64,000 nt of DNA from Gemmatimonadota bacterium (GTDB taxonomy: Bacteria > Gemmatimonadota > Gemmatimonadetes > Longimicrobiales > Gaopeijiaceae). A program made the translations under genes and the position numbers. The notes below the pieces were generated by a model that ran no database searches, was not told where the DNA came from, and worked only from the letters and a program-made list of their open reading frames with translations. Below, piece by piece: positions 61,089 to 64,000 of the stretch; position 1 is the stretch's first letter, and every line of letters begins with the position of its first letter. Where the stretch lies: NCBI GenBank assembly GCA_034521595.1, contig JAXHMG010000003.1:2912001-2976000 (forward strand), read 5' to 3'.

Positions 61089-61184
61089 GGCTCTGACGCA
61101 ACCGTCGCATCCTTCCGGCGCAATCGGGCGTGGACCCGATAGCGGCACGGAGATAGCTTCGGGATCCGTCCAACCGAGAGGCTC

Positions 61185-62252
61185 ATGAACCACGACATTT
61201 CCTTCCTAGAACGGCTCCTCGACGCGCCCGGCCCCTCCGGCTTCGAGGTCCGCGCGGCGCGTGTGTGGCGCGAAGAGGCTCGGACGTTCGCCACCGACGT
61301 CGATGTCGACGTCAGCGGTAATTCATTCGCTACGGTCGCAGGCAGCGGGGGCACGCGCGTCATGCTCGCCGGCCACATCGACGAGATCGGCTTGCAGATC
61401 ACCCACGTGGACAAGGAGGGCTACCTCTACGTGGACGGTATCGGTGGGTGGGACCCGCAGGTGTTGGTGGGTCAGCGGGTCACGATCCTCGGACGCGCGG
61501 GAGACGTCACGGGCGTGGTGGGTAAGAAGGCCATCCACCTCATGACTCCGGAAGACCGGACACAGGCGTCCAAGATCAAGAACCTCTGGGTCGACGTCGG
61601 CGCCGCTTCCCGTGAGGAGGTGCTCGAGCTCGGAATCCGGGTCGGCGACCCTATGGTCATCGCTCAACCTATGACGCGTTTGGCCGGCGACCGCATCGCG
61701 AGCCGCGCGATCGATAACCGCATCGGCGCCTTCGTGGTACTCGAAGCTCTGCGCCTGCTTTCGGACGACGAACCGTTCGCGACCACGACGGCGGTCGCCA
61801 CGGTTCAGGAGGAGATCGGCCATGCGGGTGGTGGGGCGCGCACGAGCGCGTACCAGCTCGAGCCGGACGTGGCGCTCGTCGTCGACGTGACCTTCAGCAC
61901 GGACGTGCCCGACGTGGAGAAGAAGGAGCTCGGCGAGCACGAGCTCGGTGGAGGGCCGGTTCTGAGTCGGGGCTCCGCATCGCACAACGAGGTGTTCGAG
62001 GAGCTCGCCACGACCGCCGAGAAGGCAGGGATCCCCTTCACCATTCAGGCCTCTCCGTTGGCCACCCGCACCGACGCGGACGGCATCTATCTGACCCGCC
62101 GCGGCGTGCCGACCGCGGTGGTCTCGGTCCCCAACCGTTACATGCACTCGCCCAACGAAGTGGTGAGCGTTCGGGACGTCTTCAGCGCGGCCGAGCTGCT
62201 CGCCGCGTTCGTTCGAGCACTCGAGAAGGACACGGACTTCACCCCCCGCTGA
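61185..62252 (+). CDS. M42 family metallopeptidase
   Basis: GPSGFE, AGHIDEIG, DNR, QEEIG, TDA, RYMHSP. Confidence 0.95.
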   Translation: MNHDISFLERLLDAPGPSGFEVRAARVWREEARTFATDVDVDVSGNSFATVAGSGGTRVMLAGHIDEIGLQITHVDKEGYLYVDGIGGWDPQVLVGQRVTILGRAGDVTGVVGKKAIHLMTPEDRTQASKIKNLWVDVGAASREEVLELGIRVGDPMVIAQPMTRLAGDRIASRAIDNRIGAFVVLEALRLLSDDEPFATTTAVATVQEEIGHAGGGARTSAYQLEPDVALVVDVTFSTDVPDVEKKELGEHELGGGPVLSRGSASHNEVFEELATTAEKAGIPFTIQASPLATRTDADGIYLTRRGVPTAVVSVPNRYMHSPNEVVSVRDVFSAAELLAAFVRALEKDTDFTPR

Positions 62253-62260
62253 CCTTCGGG

Positions 62261-62294
62261 GGCGGGTGAGCCCACGATCGCGGGCTCACCCGCC
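62261..62294 (+). terminator. 13-bp GC hairpin after the M42 gene
   Basis: GGCGGGTGAGCCC-N8-GGGCTCACCCGCC; no U-tail. Confidence 0.5.
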
Positions 62295-62456
62295 ACGTTG
62301 ACGCCCCCTGGCGGTGCGTCTACCGTTCGGACCCCCGAGACCGGGACCGCGGAACGCTCTCACCCGGAGAGACGCCAGTCCGGGAACGCAGGATCTGTGG
62401 GAAGTCGACTTCGGGACCGCGCCGGAGTCGGTGGCACATTCTGACGGAAGCAACCG

Positions 62457-62924
62457 ATGGTCGAGGCAGGGAAGGTCATCAAGGAGTTGCAGGACATGCG
62501 CGACGACGGACATCTGTCCGACGCGCTCCTGCGGTACGCGATTCGGTCGATCGCCAAGTCCGACGACCGTTTCAGCTGGGTCGGCGCCTATCTCCTCGGA
62601 GAGGGCGAGCTCTGGCTCCACAACTACGTGGGTGAGCCCACCCAGCACGCCAAGATTCCGGTGGGTGAAGGGGTTTGCGGACGCGCGGTCGAGGAGCGCA
62701 CCAATCTGAACATTCCCGACGTGAGCGCGGAGGAAAACTACCTCGCGTGCTCGCCGGACGTGCAGAGCGAGCTGGTCGTGCTCATCCGTGCCGGCGACGA
62801 CGTCTTCGGACAGATCGACATCGATTCCGAGGAGGAAGCCGCGTTCACCGAGGACGACGAGATCGCTCTCATCGGGATCGCGGACAAGCTGGCGGAGCAG
62901 CTCGCCGCGGAGCGCCGCTCCTGA
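62457..62924 (+). CDS. GAF-domain protein (MsrC/YebR-like)
   Basis: WVGAYL, GEGVCG, YLACS, SELVV, IDIDS. Confidence 0.88.
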   Translation: MVEAGKVIKELQDMRDDGHLSDALLRYAIRSIAKSDDRFSWVGAYLLGEGELWLHNYVGEPTQHAKIPVGEGVCGRAVEERTNLNIPDVSAEENYLACSPDVQSELVVLIRAGDDVFGQIDIDSEEEAAFTEDDEIALIGIADKLAEQLAAERRS

Positions 62925-63673
62925 CCGATCGGCTCCACTGCGTCAACGCCGGGAATACGAGCGCGTTCACGCTGGACGGGACGCGCACCTACCTGGTCGG
63001 TGCGCGCAGCGTCGCGGTGATCGATCCGGGCCCGGACGTGCATGAGCATGTTCGGGCCCTGGTCGTGGAGGTCCGGGAAGCCTCCGAAGTGTGCGTGCTG
63101 CTGACCCACGGGCACCCCGACCATTCGGCGGCCGCTCGGCCCCTCGCCGACCGCCTGGGAGCCGAGGTGCTGGGGCCGCCCCTGGACGGCGTGGTCGACC
63201 GGGTGTTGGACGACGGTGACCGGGTAGAGACCGACGCGGGCTCGCTGGTGGCGGTGCACACGCCCGGGCACACCGCCGACCATCTCTCCTATCACTGGCC
63301 CGAGGGCGACGGCCTCTTCGTGGGCGACCTGCTGCTCGGCCAGGGGGACACCACGTGGGTGGCGGAGTATCCGGGGTGCGTGGCGGACTATTTCGATTCG
63401 CTCGCCCGGGTGCGCTCGTTGCCGGTCGGGGTTCTCTATCCCTCGCACGGACCCCCGCTGAACGAGCCGAGCGAGGCCATCGACCGGTTCGAGCGGCACC
63501 GCAGAGATCGAGTCCGGCAGGTGGAGGCGGCGCTCGCCACGTTGCCGAGCGACGATGTCGACGAGCTTCTCGCCTTCGTCTACGGTGATTCGATCCCGCC
63601 GGGGTTGGAAGGTGCTGCCGCGCGGAGCCTGGGGGCGCTCGTCGACTATGTTAAGCAGTCCCGAGAGAGTTGA
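62921..63673 (+). CDS. MBL-fold metallohydrolase (LACTB2-like)
   Basis: TLDGTRTYLVG, THGHPDH, TPGHTADH, GD, PSHG. Probable CTG start. Confidence 0.9.
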   Translation: MTDRLHCVNAGNTSAFTLDGTRTYLVGARSVAVIDPGPDVHEHVRALVVEVREASEVCVLLTHGHPDHSAAARPLADRLGAEVLGPPLDGVVDRVLDDGDRVETDAGSLVAVHTPGHTADHLSYHWPEGDGLFVGDLLLGQGDTTWVAEYPGCVADYFDSLARVRSLPVGVLYPSHGPPLNEPSEAIDRFERHRRDRVRQVEAALATLPSDDVDELLAFVYGDSIPPGLEGAAARSLGALVDYVKQSRES

Positions 63674-63716
63674 GCGGCGCGTTGCACCTGCGGCCCGCAG
63701 CGGGGTATCTCCGCTT

Positions 63717-64000
63717 ATGAGCGAGCCATTGAGCGCCGCGCTGGTCGCGCGGCTTCGTGAAACGGTGGGTTTCGATCACGTGATCGTCGACCCGGACCGT
63801 CTCTTCGTCTACGAGTCCGACGGGCTGACCCAGTACCGGGCCGCCCCGAAGGCGGTCGTGCTGCCGGCCACTACTGACGAGTTGGCCGCGGTCGTACGGC
63901 TGCTCGTCGCGGAGGGGGTCGCGGTCGTGCCGCGTGGAGCGGGGACGGGCCTGTCCGGGGGAGCCCTGCCCTCGGTCGACGGTGTCGTCGTCGGAACCGC
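63717..64000 (+). CDS. FAD-binding oxidase (GlcD-like), partial
   Basis: Manual translation ...VYESDGLTQYRAAPKAVVLP...VVPRGAGTGLSGGALP. Confidence 0.85.
   Translation, partial: MSEPLSAALVARLRETVGFDHVIVDPDRLFVYESDGLTQYRAAPKAVVLPATTDELAAVVRLLVAEGVAVVPRGAGTGLSGGALPSVDGVVVGT

Overview
High-GC bacterial chromosome segment spanning the replication origin. Gene content and protein style suggest Gemmatimonadota (Longimicrobiales-like); this is an inference. The core block is dnaN-oriC-dnaA / rpmH-rnpA-yidD-yidC-mnmE-acyP-mnmG-2x parS-parA-parB-M23-bactofilin, followed by lipA-pdhABC...lpdA, ispH, fxsA and others. Main accessory items: (1) a 14.3-22 kb regulatory locus in which an AraC gene and a large STAND-type ATPase/TPR gene converge on an operon encoding a LeuA-regulatory-like hypothetical, a 24-aa Trp-terminated peptide absent from the ORF track (perfect Shine-Dalgarno) and a membrane HD-GYP phosphodiesterase; the ATPase's C-terminal TPR third, the HD-GYP gene and the peptide share one low-GC tract, suggesting an exchangeable peptide-signalling cassette; (2) a frameshift-riddled ~8 kb gene for a giant secreted repeat protein with a basic, Cys/Trp-tipped helical hairpin; (3) a phospholipid operon with a Tam41-like cytidylyltransferase, plus a ceramide-synthase-like GNAT elsewhere; (4) a second origin-like DnaA-box cluster ~12.6 kb from oriC. 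All calls are from reading motifs by eye; no database searches were run.
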